Under the pieces are notes generated by a model. That model saw only the letters and a list, made by a program, of their open reading frames with translations, had not been told where the DNA came from and did no database searches. Of a stretch of DNA of 64,000 nucleotides, positions 44,684 through 54,781 are shown one piece after another. Each line of letters begins with the position of its first letter. The stretch's first letter is position 1. Made by a program: the position numbers and the translations under genes. Origin of the DNA: an uncultured Syntrophaceae bacterium (GTDB lineage Bacteria; Desulfobacterota; Syntrophia; Syntrophales; UBA2192); assembly GCA_964429555.1 (NCBI GenBank), contig CAYSDD010000001.1, forward strand, positions 15,627-79,626, in the 5' to 3' direction.

Positions 44684-44710
44684 GGCCGTGCCGGGAGCAC
44701 GGCCTTTTTC
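44684..44710 (+). terminator. Second tandem hairpin + T-run downstream of the trp attenuator
   Basis: GGCCGTGC-cggga-GCACGGCC followed by TTTTTC. Its arms share GCCGTG/CACGGC with the first terminator. Confidence 0.6.
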
Positions 44711-44718
44711 ATTTCAGG

Positions 44719-44756
44719 GATTAAATCCCCCTCTTTCCCCCTTTGGGAAAGGGGGA
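44719..44756. repeat. C-run/G-run hairpin repeat, copy a
   Basis: gattaaatccccctctttCCCCCTTTgggAAAGGGGGa lies immediately upstream of the trpE RBS. Confidence 0.5.
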
Positions 44757-44774
44757 AGCACGGAAGGAAGAAAA

Positions 44775-46271
<1,497 letters not shown>

Positions 46272-46277
<6 letters not shown>

Positions 46278-46339
46278 AATCCCCCCTTCCCCCCTTTACG
46301 AAAGGGGGGCATGGAGACATCCCCCTTTAAAAAGGGGGA
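46272..46339. repeat. C-run/G-run hairpin repeats, copies b and c (tandem)
   Basis: gattaaaatccccccttCCCCCCTTTacgAAAGGGGGG (46272-46309) is followed by catCCCCCTTTaaAAAGGGGGa (46318-46339). Copy b starts at the trpE stop codon. Confidence 0.5.
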
Positions 46340-46378
46340 AACAGCGGGATCTTCAGAGCAAACATCAGGAGAAACGAC

Positions 46379-46966
46379 ATGTACCTCATGATCGACAACT
46401 ACGATTCCTTCACCTACAACCTCGTCCAATACCTGGGCCAGCTGGGCTGCGAGGTGGCCGTGCACCGCAACGACGAGATCACCCTCGAGGACATCGAGGC
46501 GATGGCCCCCGAGGCGATCTTCCTTTCGCCGGGACCCTGCACCCCGAAGGAGGCGGGGGTCACCGTCGAGACGATCCGCCGGTTCCACGAACGGATCCCC
46601 ATCCTGGGCATCTGCCTGGGGCACCAGGCCATCGGCTACGCCTTCGGTGCCGAGGTCGTCCGCGCCGAGCGGCTCATGCACGGCAAGACCTCACCCGTCT
46701 ACAACGACGGCCGGACGATCTTCAGGGGGCTGCCCAACCCGCTCACGGCGGGCCGGTATCATTCGTTGCTCGTCCGCCGGGATACGCTTCCCCCCTTTCT
46801 CGAGGTGAGCGCCGAGACCGAGGAAGGTGAGGTCATGGGGCTCCGTCACAGGCATTTCCCCCTCGAAGGGGTCCAGTTCCACCCCGAGTCGGTCCTCACG
46901 CCGAACGGCAAACGAATCTTGAAAAACTTCCTGGAGATCGTCTCCGGGAACGGGAAAGGAGCATAG
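46379..46966 (+). CDS. trpG: Anthranilate synthase component II (glutamine amidotransferase)
   Basis: [23 protein letters not shown]...SPGPCTP...[10 protein letters not shown]...VQFHPES. Confidence 0.9.
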   Translation: MYLMIDNYDSFTYNLVQYLGQLGCEVAVHRNDEITLEDIEAMAPEAIFLSPGPCTPKEAGVTVETIRRFHERIPILGICLGHQAIGYAFGAEVVRAERLMHGKTSPVYNDGRTIFRGLPNPLTAGRYHSLLVRRDTLPPFLEVSAETEEGEVMGLRHRHFPLEGVQFHPESVLTPNGKRILKNFLEIVSGNGKGA

Positions 46967-46970
46967 CAAC

Positions 46971-47981
46971 ATGATCCGGGAAGCGCTGGCGAAGGTCGTG
47001 CAGGGAATCGACCTTCAGGAAATGGAAATGACGGAGGCCATGACGGAGGTCATGGAGGGGAAGGCGACGCCCGCGCAGATCGGGGCCTTCATCACCGCGC
47101 TGCGCATGAAGGGGGAGACCGTCGCCGAGGTCACCGGTGCGGCACGGGTGATGCGCCTCAAGGCCACGCGCATCGACGCGCGCTCGCCCGTCATCGTCGA
47201 CACCTGCGGCACCGGGGGCGACGGCCGCAACACCTTCAACATCTCCACCACGGCGGCCTTCGTGGTGGCGGCCGCGGGGCTCACGGTGGCCAAGCACGGC
47301 AACCGCGCCGTCTCGAGCGGCTGCGGCAGCGCCGACGTTCTCGAGGCCATCGGGGTCAACATCGACGCGCCCCCCGAGATCGTCGAGGAGTGCGTCCAGC
47401 AGGCGGGGATCGGGTTTCTCTTCGCACCGAAGCTCCATGGGGCCATGAAGTACGCCATCGGGCCCCGGCGCGAGATCGGCCTGCGCACGATCTTCAACAT
47501 GCTGGGGCCGCTGACCAACCCCGCCTCGGCGACGGCGCAACTCGTCGGAGTCTACGACCCGAAGCTCACGGAGATGTTCGCGGGGGTGCTGAAGAACCTC
47601 GGGACGAAGCATGCCTTCGTCGTGCACGGATCGGATGGTCTCGACGAGGCCACCGTCACGGGCAAGACGCGCGTCTCGGAGCTCAAGGACGGGATCGTCA
47701 GGACCTACAATATCGATCCCGTCGACTACTTCGGGGCGACCGACGGAGGGGAGGCGCTCGCCGGCGGCGATGCCTCGACGAATGCCGAGATCACCAAGGC
47801 CGTGCTTTCGGGCGAGGAAGGCGCCCGCCGCCGGATCGTCGTCCTGAACGCGGCCCTGGCCATCGTGGCCGGCGGGAAGGCGCAGTCGATCGCCGAGGGG
47901 ATCAAGGTAGCCGAGGCGTGCATCGACAGCGGCGCCGCAATCAGGAAGCTGCAGGCGCTCATCGAGATGAGCCGGAGCTGA
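46971..47981 (+). CDS. trpD: Anthranilate phosphoribosyltransferase
   Basis: ...VDTCGTGGDGRNTFNISTTAAFVVAAAGLTVAKHGNRAVSS...HGSDGLDE. Confidence 0.9.
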   Translation: MIREALAKVVQGIDLQEMEMTEAMTEVMEGKATPAQIGAFITALRMKGETVAEVTGAARVMRLKATRIDARSPVIVDTCGTGGDGRNTFNISTTAAFVVAAAGLTVAKHGNRAVSSGCGSADVLEAIGVNIDAPPEIVEECVQQAGIGFLFAPKLHGAMKYAIGPRREIGLRTIFNMLGPLTNPASATAQLVGVYDPKLTEMFAGVLKNLGTKHAFVVHGSDGLDEATVTGKTRVSELKDGIVRTYNIDPVDYFGATDGGEALAGGDASTNAEITKAVLSGEEGARRRIVVLNAALAIVAGGKAQSIAEGIKVAEACIDSGAAIRKLQALIEMSRS

Positions 47982-47996
47982 ATGGAGAAGGCGATA

Positions 47997-48087
47997 GGGT
48001 TCAGGAGAAGATGAAGCGGTGAAGCCGGGAAGCTGGGAAGTTCGGCAAGGCCCTCACGTGATGGACTGCAAGCTTTTCCTGATACCC
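47997..48087 (+). repeat. Large stem (about 14 bp, one bulge) enclosing a ~62-nt loop in the trpD-trpC gap
   Basis: GGGTTCAGGAGAAG (47997-48010) pairs with CTTTTCCTGATACCC (48073-48087). The loop contains gggaagttcgg, which also occurs in the 34765 hairpin. Confidence 0.4.
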
Positions 48088-48147
48088 GAGTCCCGATACA
48101 CCCTGACCGGAGAGACCGAACAGATCGAACAGACGGAATAGACCGCA

Positions 48148-48924
48148 ATGATTCTCCAGAAGATCGTTGACAACAGGCGCAGCGAGGTCGCCCGCCAGAA
48201 AGAGATCCTTCCCCATTCGGAGCTCAGGCGGATGCTGGCCGACAGGCCGCCGACGCGCGACTTCGCGGCGGCGCTCCGGGGGCGCGGCTGTGCGGTGATC
48301 GCCGAGGTCAAGCGCAGCTCACCGTCGAAGGGCCGGATCCGCGACGACTTCGACCCCGTCGCGATCGCCCGCACCTACGAGGAAAGCGGGGCTTCGGCCG
48401 TCTCCATCCTGACGGAGAGGAAATTCTTCGAGGGCAGTGCCGCTTATGTGCCCCAGATCCGAAAGGCCGTCAATCTGCCTCTTCTTCGGAAGGACTTCGT
48501 CATCGATCCCTTCCAGATCGCCGAGACCCGTGTCCTGGGCGGCGATGCCCTGCTTCTCATTGCGAGGGTCCTGGAAGCGGGTGAATTGCTGGACTTCATC
48601 GGCCTCGCCTCCGAGCTTGGCCTTGCGGCCCTCGTGGAAGTGCACGACGAGGCCGACCTGGAGAAGGCCCTCTCGGCGGGTGCGCGGATCGTGGGGATCA
48701 ACAACCGCGACCTGCAGACCTTCCGGACGGACCTCGAGGTCAGCATCCGGCTAGCCCGACGAATCCCGAAGGGCGTCACCGTGGTGAGCGAGAGCGGGAT
48801 CGAGGGCCGCAGGGACATTGAGCGTCTCATGGAAGCGGGCATCCACGCCTTTCTCGTCGGCGAGAGCCTCATGCGGGAGACAGACATCGGCAGGAAGCTC
48901 AGAGAATTGCTGGGAAATGAATAG
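48148..48924 (+). CDS. trpC: Indole-3-glycerol phosphate synthase
   Basis: MILQKIVDNRRSEVARQKE...VIAEVKRSSPSKG...ISILTERKFFEGS...LRKDFVIDPFQI...INNRDL. Confidence 0.9.
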   Translation: MILQKIVDNRRSEVARQKEILPHSELRRMLADRPPTRDFAAALRGRGCAVIAEVKRSSPSKGRIRDDFDPVAIARTYEESGASAVSILTERKFFEGSAAYVPQIRKAVNLPLLRKDFVIDPFQIAETRVLGGDALLLIARVLEAGELLDFIGLASELGLAALVEVHDEADLEKALSAGARIVGINNRDLQTFRTDLEVSIRLARRIPKGVTVVSESGIEGRRDIERLMEAGIHAFLVGESLMRETDIGRKLRELLGNE

Positions 48925-49003
48925 GCATCAGGCCGCAGGCGACAGGCATCAGATCAGAGAGATGGAATAAACCGGAAAGACCGGATAGCCGGGATAGACC
49001 GAA

Positions 49004-49675
49004 ATGATTCAGATCAAGATCTGCGGCATCACGAATATCGGGGACGGGCTCGCGGCAGCCGAGGCCGGTGCGGACGCATTGGGTTTTGTCTTTCACCCTG
49101 CAAGCCCCCGCTGCGTGACTCCTGCGCAGGTGAAGGCGATCATCGATGCACTGCCCCCGACGGTCTGCACGGTGGGAGTCTTCGTGAACCTGCCCCCCGA
49201 TGAAGTGCTGCAGATCGCGGATCTGTGCGGGCTCGACTTTATCCAGCTCCACGGGAGCGAAACGCCGGAATACTGCCGCCGCCTTCCCCGCGAGAGGCTG
49301 ATCAAGGCCGTCTCCTTCCGGAACGAGGCGGACTTTGCCGCGACGGCCGATTACCCCGTGCGGGCCTTTCTCGTCGATGCCCGCGACCCGGTCCGCTTCG
49401 GCGGGACGGGGAAGACTTGCGACTGGAACCTCGCGCGCCGCTTTGCCGCCCGCCACCCCCTCATTCTTGCGGGGGGGCTGCATGCGGACAACGTCGGGGC
49501 GGCCCTGGAGGCGGTTCAGCCCCTGGCCGTCGACCTGTCAAGCGGGGTCGAAGCGGCACCGGGGGAAAAAGATCATGACAAGGTCCGCGCCGTCGTTACA
49601 GCGGTCAGAACCCATGATGCCTCGCGTTTCGCGGGTGACCGGAAACCCATTTTCAGGAAGATGCCCCTGCGCTAG
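49004..49675 (+). CDS. trpF: Phosphoribosylanthranilate isomerase
   Basis: [30 protein letters not shown]...QLHGSE...GGTGKTCDW...LAGGL. Confidence 0.9.
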   Translation: MIQIKICGITNIGDGLAAAEAGADALGFVFHPASPRCVTPAQVKAIIDALPPTVCTVGVFVNLPPDEVLQIADLCGLDFIQLHGSETPEYCRRLPRERLIKAVSFRNEADFAATADYPVRAFLVDARDPVRFGGTGKTCDWNLARRFAARHPLILAGGLHADNVGAALEAVQPLAVDLSSGVEAAPGEKDHDKVRAVVTAVRTHDASRFAGDRKPIFRKMPLR

Positions 49676-49739
49676 GGATGAAAAATGGGATATTCATGAA
49701 GGATGGCCATCAGCCAGCAAAGGAGACAAGGACGTGAAG

Positions 49740-50924
49740 ATGCCAGTGCTGCCCGACAGGAAAGGGCATTTCGGAATGTTCGGGGGGAGATACGTCGCCG
49801 AGACGATCATGCCCGCGCTCGCGGAGCTCGAGGCCGCCTACCGGGCAAGCCGCAGGGACAGGGCTTTCCAGGCGGAGTTCCGAGACTATCTCCGGCAGTA
49901 CTCGGGCAGGGAGACGCCGCTGTACCTGGCCCGAAACCTCACGGAGAAGCTCGGCGGGGCGAAGATCTACCTGAAGCGCGAGGACCTGAACCACACGGGA
50001 TCCCACAAGATCAACAACACCCTCGGACAGGCCCTGCTGGCCCGTCGGATGGGGAAGCGCCGCGTCATCGCCGAGACGGGGGCCGGCCAGCACGGGGTGG
50101 CCACGGCCACCGTGGCCGCGCTCTTCGGGATGGAGTGTCGCGTCTTCATGGGCGAGGAGGACATCCGCCGGCAGGCGCCCAACGTGCTGCGCATGCGGAT
50201 CCTGGGCTCCGAGGTGGTCCCCGTCACGGCCGGGTCGGCCACCCTGAAGGACGCCATGAACGAGGCCATGCGCCACTGGGTGACGCACGTGCGCGACACG
50301 TTCTACATCATCGGCTCCGTCGCGGGCCCGCACCCCTACCCGATGATGGTCCGGGACTTCCAGAGCGTCATCGGCCGCGAGACGAGGCGCCAGATCCTCC
50401 GGCTGGAAGGCCGCCTGCCCGACTGCATCGTGGCCTGCGTGGGCGGCGGCAGCAACGCCATGGGGATCTTCTTCCCCTTCCGCAACGACCGCGCCGTGCG
50501 CCTGGTCGGCGTCGAGGCGGCGGGGCTCGGGATCGCCACGGGAAAGCACTCGGCCTCCATCTCGGCGGGCAGCGTCGGCGTTCTGCACGGCAGCAAGTCC
50601 TACCTGTTGCAGGACGGGGACGGCCAGATCCGCGAGGCCCACTCGGTGGCGGCGGGGCTCGATTACCCCGGCGTGGGGCCCGAGCACAGCTGGTTCAAGG
50701 AGACGGGAAGGGCGGACTACGTCTCCGTCGAGGACGGAGAGGCCCTGGAGGCCTTCCGCACGCTCTGCACCACCGAGGGGATCATCCCCGCCATGGAGAG
50801 CGCCCATGCCGTCGCCTACGCCATGAAGCTGGCTTCGGCGATGGGGAAAGAACGGATCGTCGTCATCAACCTCTCGGGGCGGGGCGACAAGGACGCGGGG
50901 ATCATCGAGGAAAACAAAATGTAA
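49740..50924 (+). CDS. trpB: Tryptophan synthase beta chain
   Basis: [27 protein letters not shown]...[16 protein letters not shown]...[10 protein letters not shown]. The start may instead be GTG 49734 (AAGGAG 8 nt upstream). Confidence 0.9.
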   Translation: MPVLPDRKGHFGMFGGRYVAETIMPALAELEAAYRASRRDRAFQAEFRDYLRQYSGRETPLYLARNLTEKLGGAKIYLKREDLNHTGSHKINNTLGQALLARRMGKRRVIAETGAGQHGVATATVAALFGMECRVFMGEEDIRRQAPNVLRMRILGSEVVPVTAGSATLKDAMNEAMRHWVTHVRDTFYIIGSVAGPHPYPMMVRDFQSVIGRETRRQILRLEGRLPDCIVACVGGGSNAMGIFFPFRNDRAVRLVGVEAAGLGIATGKHSASISAGSVGVLHGSKSYLLQDGDGQIREAHSVAAGLDYPGVGPEHSWFKETGRADYVSVEDGEALEAFRTLCTTEGIIPAMESAHAVAYAMKLASAMGKERIVVINLSGRGDKDAGIIEENKM

Positions 50925-50925
50925 C

Positions 50926-50958
50926 ATCCCCCTCTTTCCCCCCTGTTCCAAAGGGGGA
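50926..50958. repeat. C-run/G-run hairpin repeat, copy d
   Basis: atccccctctttCCCCCCtgttccaaAGGGGGa starts 2 nt after the trpB stop. Confidence 0.5.
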
Positions 50959-50993
50959 TGCAAGGGGAGTTTATCCTTCGGGAGACAAGGTTC

Positions 50994-51803
50994 ATGCATC
51001 GCATCGAAAAGACGTTTGCGGAGTTACGGAAGAGAGGAGAGAAGGCCCTCGTGGCCTACATCACGGCGGGCTACCCCGACTTGGAGACGACGCGGCAGCT
51101 GGTCCCGGCCCTGGAGAAAGCCGGTGTGGACATCCTGGAGGTGGGGGTGCCCTTCTCGGACCCCACGGCCGACGGGCCCGTGATCCAGGCCGCATCCCAG
51201 GCGGCCCTGAAAAAGGGCGCAACCCTCACCCGCATTCTGGACCTCCTCGGCGGTCTTCGGGGTGCCGTCGGGATCCCGATCGTGCTCTTCAGCTACTACA
51301 ACCCCATCTTTTCCATGGGGAACGAGAGCTTTGCGAGGCGAGCCTCCGCCGCGGGGGTGGACGGGGTGCTCGTCGTGGATCTCCCGGCGGAGGAAGCGGG
51401 AGAGCTTCGCCGCCACACCGACCCGGCCGGCATCGACTTCATCTCCCTCGTGGCGCCCACGACGGGCGCGGACCGGGTGAGGAAGATCGTCAGGGCGGCC
51501 ACGGGCTTCGTCTACTACATCTCCGTCACCGGCGTCACGGGCACCCGCGGCCCCGAGATGGAGGAGACGCGCGCAAACGTCGAGGCGATCCGTTCACTGA
51601 CGAAGCTACCCGTCGTCGTCGGCTTTGGCGTCACCACGGCCGAGCAGGCACGTCAGGTGGGCGGCATGGCCGACGGCGCCGTCGTCGGGAGCGCCTTCGT
51701 GCGGCTCATCGGCGAGAGGGCGGGCAACCCGGGAATGGCGGCTGCCGTGGGAGACTACGCGGCCTCACTCAAGGCGGCCCTTCGCCTCCGCTCTTCCGTT
51801 TGA
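50994..51803 (+). CDS. trpA: Tryptophan synthase alpha chain
   Basis: MHRIEKTFAELRKRGEKALVAYITAGYPDLETT...LEVGVPFSDPTADGPVIQ...GFVYYISVTGVTG. Confidence 0.9.
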   Translation: MHRIEKTFAELRKRGEKALVAYITAGYPDLETTRQLVPALEKAGVDILEVGVPFSDPTADGPVIQAASQAALKKGATLTRILDLLGGLRGAVGIPIVLFSYYNPIFSMGNESFARRASAAGVDGVLVVDLPAEEAGELRRHTDPAGIDFISLVAPTTGADRVRKIVRAATGFVYYISVTGVTGTRGPEMEETRANVEAIRSLTKLPVVVGFGVTTAEQARQVGGMADGAVVGSAFVRLIGERAGNPGMAAAVGDYAASLKAALRLRSSV

Positions 51804-51812
51804 TCGAGGGCC

Positions 51813-51841
51813 TTGTCGGCGGCCCGCGATCTTGGTATAGG
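51813..51841 (+). promoter_or_regulatory. Weak sigma-70-like promoter candidate for the response-regulator gene
   Basis: TTGTCG-N17-TATAGG, about 50 nt upstream of TTG 51892. Confidence 0.3.
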
Positions 51842-51891
51842 GGAGACACGGCGGCCGAAACCGCCGTCATGATCGGAGGCAACCTGTCCGC

Positions 51892-53253
51892 TTGAAACGA
51901 ATCCTGATTGTCGATAATGACGAGCCGGCACGGACCGCGCTGGCCGCCTTGCTTCGCGATGAAGGGTACGAGATTGATGAAGCGACCACCGAGATCGAGG
52001 CCATGCAGCTCGTGGAGCGACGCATCCCGGATCTGGTCGTTTCAGATCTGTGCGCGCCAGACTGCTTCTGCGTCGGCCTGCTGCACTGGATCAAGGAGCA
52101 CCACCCCCACCTGGACGTGATCATCGTCACGGCCTTCGGATCCATCGACTGCGTCGTCAAGACGATCAAGATGGGCGCCCTCAACTATGTCATGAAGCCC
52201 GTGAACAACGGGAAGTTCCTCGAGATCGTCCGCGAGGCCCTGCACCGGCGTGAGGGCGGGATGAAATCCCTGCGACGGGTCAATGAGCCTTACTGCTACC
52301 TCGTCGACGAGGTGGTGGGCGTCTCGCGCAGCATGGAGCAGGTCCTCAAGACGGCCCTCCGGGTCACCGACGTCGACAGCGGCATTCTCATCCGCGGCGA
52401 GAGCGGCACGGGCAAGGAGCTCATCGCCCGGATCCTCCACAACCGCAGCACCCATCGGCGCAACCGGGAATTCGTCGCCATCAACTGCGCCGCCATCCCG
52501 GGCGAGATCCTCGAGAGCGAACTCTTCGGCTCCGTGCGGGGGGCCTTCACGGGGGCGACCCAGACCCGCAAGGGTCTCATCGAGGTGGCCGACGGGGGGA
52601 CGCTCTTCATGGACGAGATCGGCGACACGTCGCCGCAGTTCCAGTCGAAGCTGCTGCGGGTCATCCAGGAAAAGGAGATCCGGCGGGTGGGTGACACGGC
52701 GTCGCGCTCCGTCGACGTGCGCATCGTGGCCGCCACCAACCGGGATCTCAAGAAGATGATCGGCGAAGGCACCTTTCGGGAGGACCTGTACTACCGGCTG
52801 AGCGTCATCGACATCATCGTCCCGCCGCTGCGGGAGCGCAAGGAAGACATCCAGCCCCTCGTGGACTACTTTCTCCAGGACATCAACGGCAGGCTCGGCA
52901 CCGGGATCGAGGGAGTCTCCGCGCAGGCCATGGCGGTCCTCATGGCCTACCCCTGGCCCGGAAACGTCCGGGAGCTGCGGAACAGCCTGGAGAGGGCCGC
53001 TCTGCTGTCGGGCCACAAGATGCTCAAGCCCGAGGACTTCCCGCTGGCCTTCGAGCACTACCTCCGGCTCACGCAGAAGGACAGGGACGATGAGATCATC
53101 CCCCTGAAGGAGATGGAACGCCGCCACCTGCTCAAGGCCATGCAGAAGTACAACTACAACCAGAAGCTCGTGGCGAAGAAGCTCGGCATCGGCTACACGA
53201 CGCTCTGGCGAAAGCTCAAGGAATCCGAGAAGGACATCAACTCGACGCCCTGA
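51892..53253 (+). CDS. Sigma-54-dependent response regulator (NtrC/bEBP: REC + AAA+ + Fis-type HTH)
   Basis: The start is TTG. The REC domain is KRILIVDNDEPARTAL...DLVVSD. The AAA+ domain carries Walker A GESGTGKE, the GAFTGA loop (RGAFTGA) and LFMDEIG. The C-terminal HTH is KLVAKKLGIGYTTLWRKL. No histidine kinase gene is adjacent. Confidence 0.85.
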   Translation: MKRILIVDNDEPARTALAALLRDEGYEIDEATTEIEAMQLVERRIPDLVVSDLCAPDCFCVGLLHWIKEHHPHLDVIIVTAFGSIDCVVKTIKMGALNYVMKPVNNGKFLEIVREALHRREGGMKSLRRVNEPYCYLVDEVVGVSRSMEQVLKTALRVTDVDSGILIRGESGTGKELIARILHNRSTHRRNREFVAINCAAIPGEILESELFGSVRGAFTGATQTRKGLIEVADGGTLFMDEIGDTSPQFQSKLLRVIQEKEIRRVGDTASRSVDVRIVAATNRDLKKMIGEGTFREDLYYRLSVIDIIVPPLRERKEDIQPLVDYFLQDINGRLGTGIEGVSAQAMAVLMAYPWPGNVRELRNSLERAALLSGHKMLKPEDFPLAFEHYLRLTQKDRDDEIIPLKEMERRHLLKAMQKYNYNQKLVAKKLGIGYTTLWRKLKESEKDINSTP

Positions 53254-53288
53254 GAGCGTGCGCTGAGCGAACGCTCCGTTTCGTTTTG
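53254..53288 (+). terminator. Weak terminator-like hairpin after the regulator gene
   Basis: GAGCGT-gcgctgagcga-ACGCTC followed by cgTTTcgTTTTg. Confidence 0.4.
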
Positions 53289-53337
53289 AAACACCCCCGC
53301 CCCGCCGCGGCCCCCCATCGGGGCCCCGCAGCCGATG

Positions 53338-53350
53338 TGACCCGCGGTCA
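53338..53350. promoter_or_regulatory. Palindrome, candidate enhancer (UAS) site
   Basis: TGACC-cgc-GGTCA lies about 100 bp upstream of the -24 element. A TGTGAC word recurs at 53336 and 53380, and an AT-rich tract with an IHF-like cATCAGaggcTTA (53386-53398) lies between them and the promoter. Confidence 0.3.
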
Positions 53351-53449
53351 GTTCACGCCGGAAAACAAAAATCTTTTTCTGTGACATCAGAGGCTTAAGC
53401 CGCCGTCGGCCGGCTTGGACCCGCCGCTTGCCGCAGGGTGGATTCCCCG

Positions 53450-53465
53450 TGGCACGGCCGTTGCC
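53450..53465 (+). promoter_or_regulatory. Sigma-54 promoter upstream of nuoA
   Basis: gTGGCACGgccgTTGCC is a near-perfect match to TGGCACG-N4-TTGC. The -12 element lies 42 nt upstream of the nuoA ATG. Confidence 0.7.
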
Positions 53466-53505
53466 ATCCATCGCTCATCCTCGAAAAGGGGCAACACGAA
53501 ACGGG

Positions 53506-53849
53506 ATGACGGCTTCCACCTCCATCTCCATCTATCTGCTGCTGGTCGTCGGGTCGGCGGCGCTGATCCTTCTGCTCTCCCATTGGGTCGGGCGCCGTCC
53601 CCTGACCCCCGAAAAGGACGTGCCCTACGAATGCGGCATGCCCCCCGCCGGGAGGGCGGGCACGCAGTTTCCCGTCCGGTTCTACAAGATAGCCCTGCTC
53701 TTCGTCGTTTTCGACGTGGAAATCGTCTTCCTGTACCTCTGGGCCGTCGTGGTCCGGGATCTCGGCCTCTTCGGGCTCGTCGAGATGTTCGTCTTCATCG
53801 CCGTCCTGCTGGCGGCCCTCGTCTACGTCTGGCACAAAGGAGACCTGCA

Positions 53850-53859
<10 letters not shown>
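53506..53859 (+). CDS. nuoA: NADH-quinone oxidoreductase subunit A
   Basis: ...[14 protein letters not shown]...[22 protein letters not shown]...; 117 aa with three TM helices. Confidence 0.9.
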
Positions 53860-54325
<466 letters not shown>

Positions 54326-54329
<4 letters not shown>

Positions 54330-54781
54330 ACCTCGACGCCCTCCGGGAGCGCTTCGGCACGGCCCTCGGCGAGCCGGCAACGTTTCGCGGCGAGACGACC
54401 CTGACGGTGGATCGCAACAGCCTTGTCGCGCTCTGTGAATGCCTACGCGATGACGAAGCCCTTGCCTTCGATTTCCTTGCCGACCTGTGCGGCGTAGACC
54501 GCCATCCCGCCGCGCCGCGCTTCGAGGTGGTCTACCACCTGTATTCGGTGCGGCACGGGCACCGTCTCCGGGTCAAGGTTGCACTCGAAGAGGAAGACCC
54601 GGTCATCGACTCCGTCACGGGGGTCTGGGAGACGGCGGACTGGCACGAGCGGGAGTGCTTCGACCTCTTCGGGATCCGTTTCCGCAATCACCCCGACCTC
54701 AGGCGCATCCTGCTGCCCGACGATTTCGAGGGGCACCCGCTGCGGAAGGACTTCCCCCTGGAGGGGATGGACAGGACATGA
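54326..54781 (+). CDS. nuoC: NADH-quinone oxidoreductase subunit C
   Basis: ...[11 protein letters not shown]...VVYHLYS...[34 protein letters not shown]...; the start ATGA overlaps nuoB. Confidence 0.9.

Noticed and set aside
44655-44774. 40-codon N-terminal extension of trpE in the ORF track (MFLAYCRNQEAVPGARPFSFQGLNPPLSPFGKGGSTEGRK)
   Set aside because: It would start inside the attenuator T-run and read through the second terminator hairpin and the C/G-run repeat. The canonical TrpE N-terminus begins at ATG 44775, which has an adjacent purine-rich RBS.
48105-48147. TRAP (trp RNA-binding attenuation protein)-type binding site upstream of trpC/trpF
   Set aside because: The segments contain a few GAG/UAG triplets, but not the 9-11 regularly spaced (2-3 nt) repeats required. 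There is also no mtrB-like gene in the window.
49703-51895. 730-aa plus-strand ORF running across trpB and trpA in another frame; similar off-frame ORFs include 65..994, 8504..9982, 24437..26239, 31686..33776, 57038..58456 and 58559..60055
   Set aside because: These are off-frame overlaps of genes with clear homology. Their translations are Arg/Pro/Gly-rich with no motifs.
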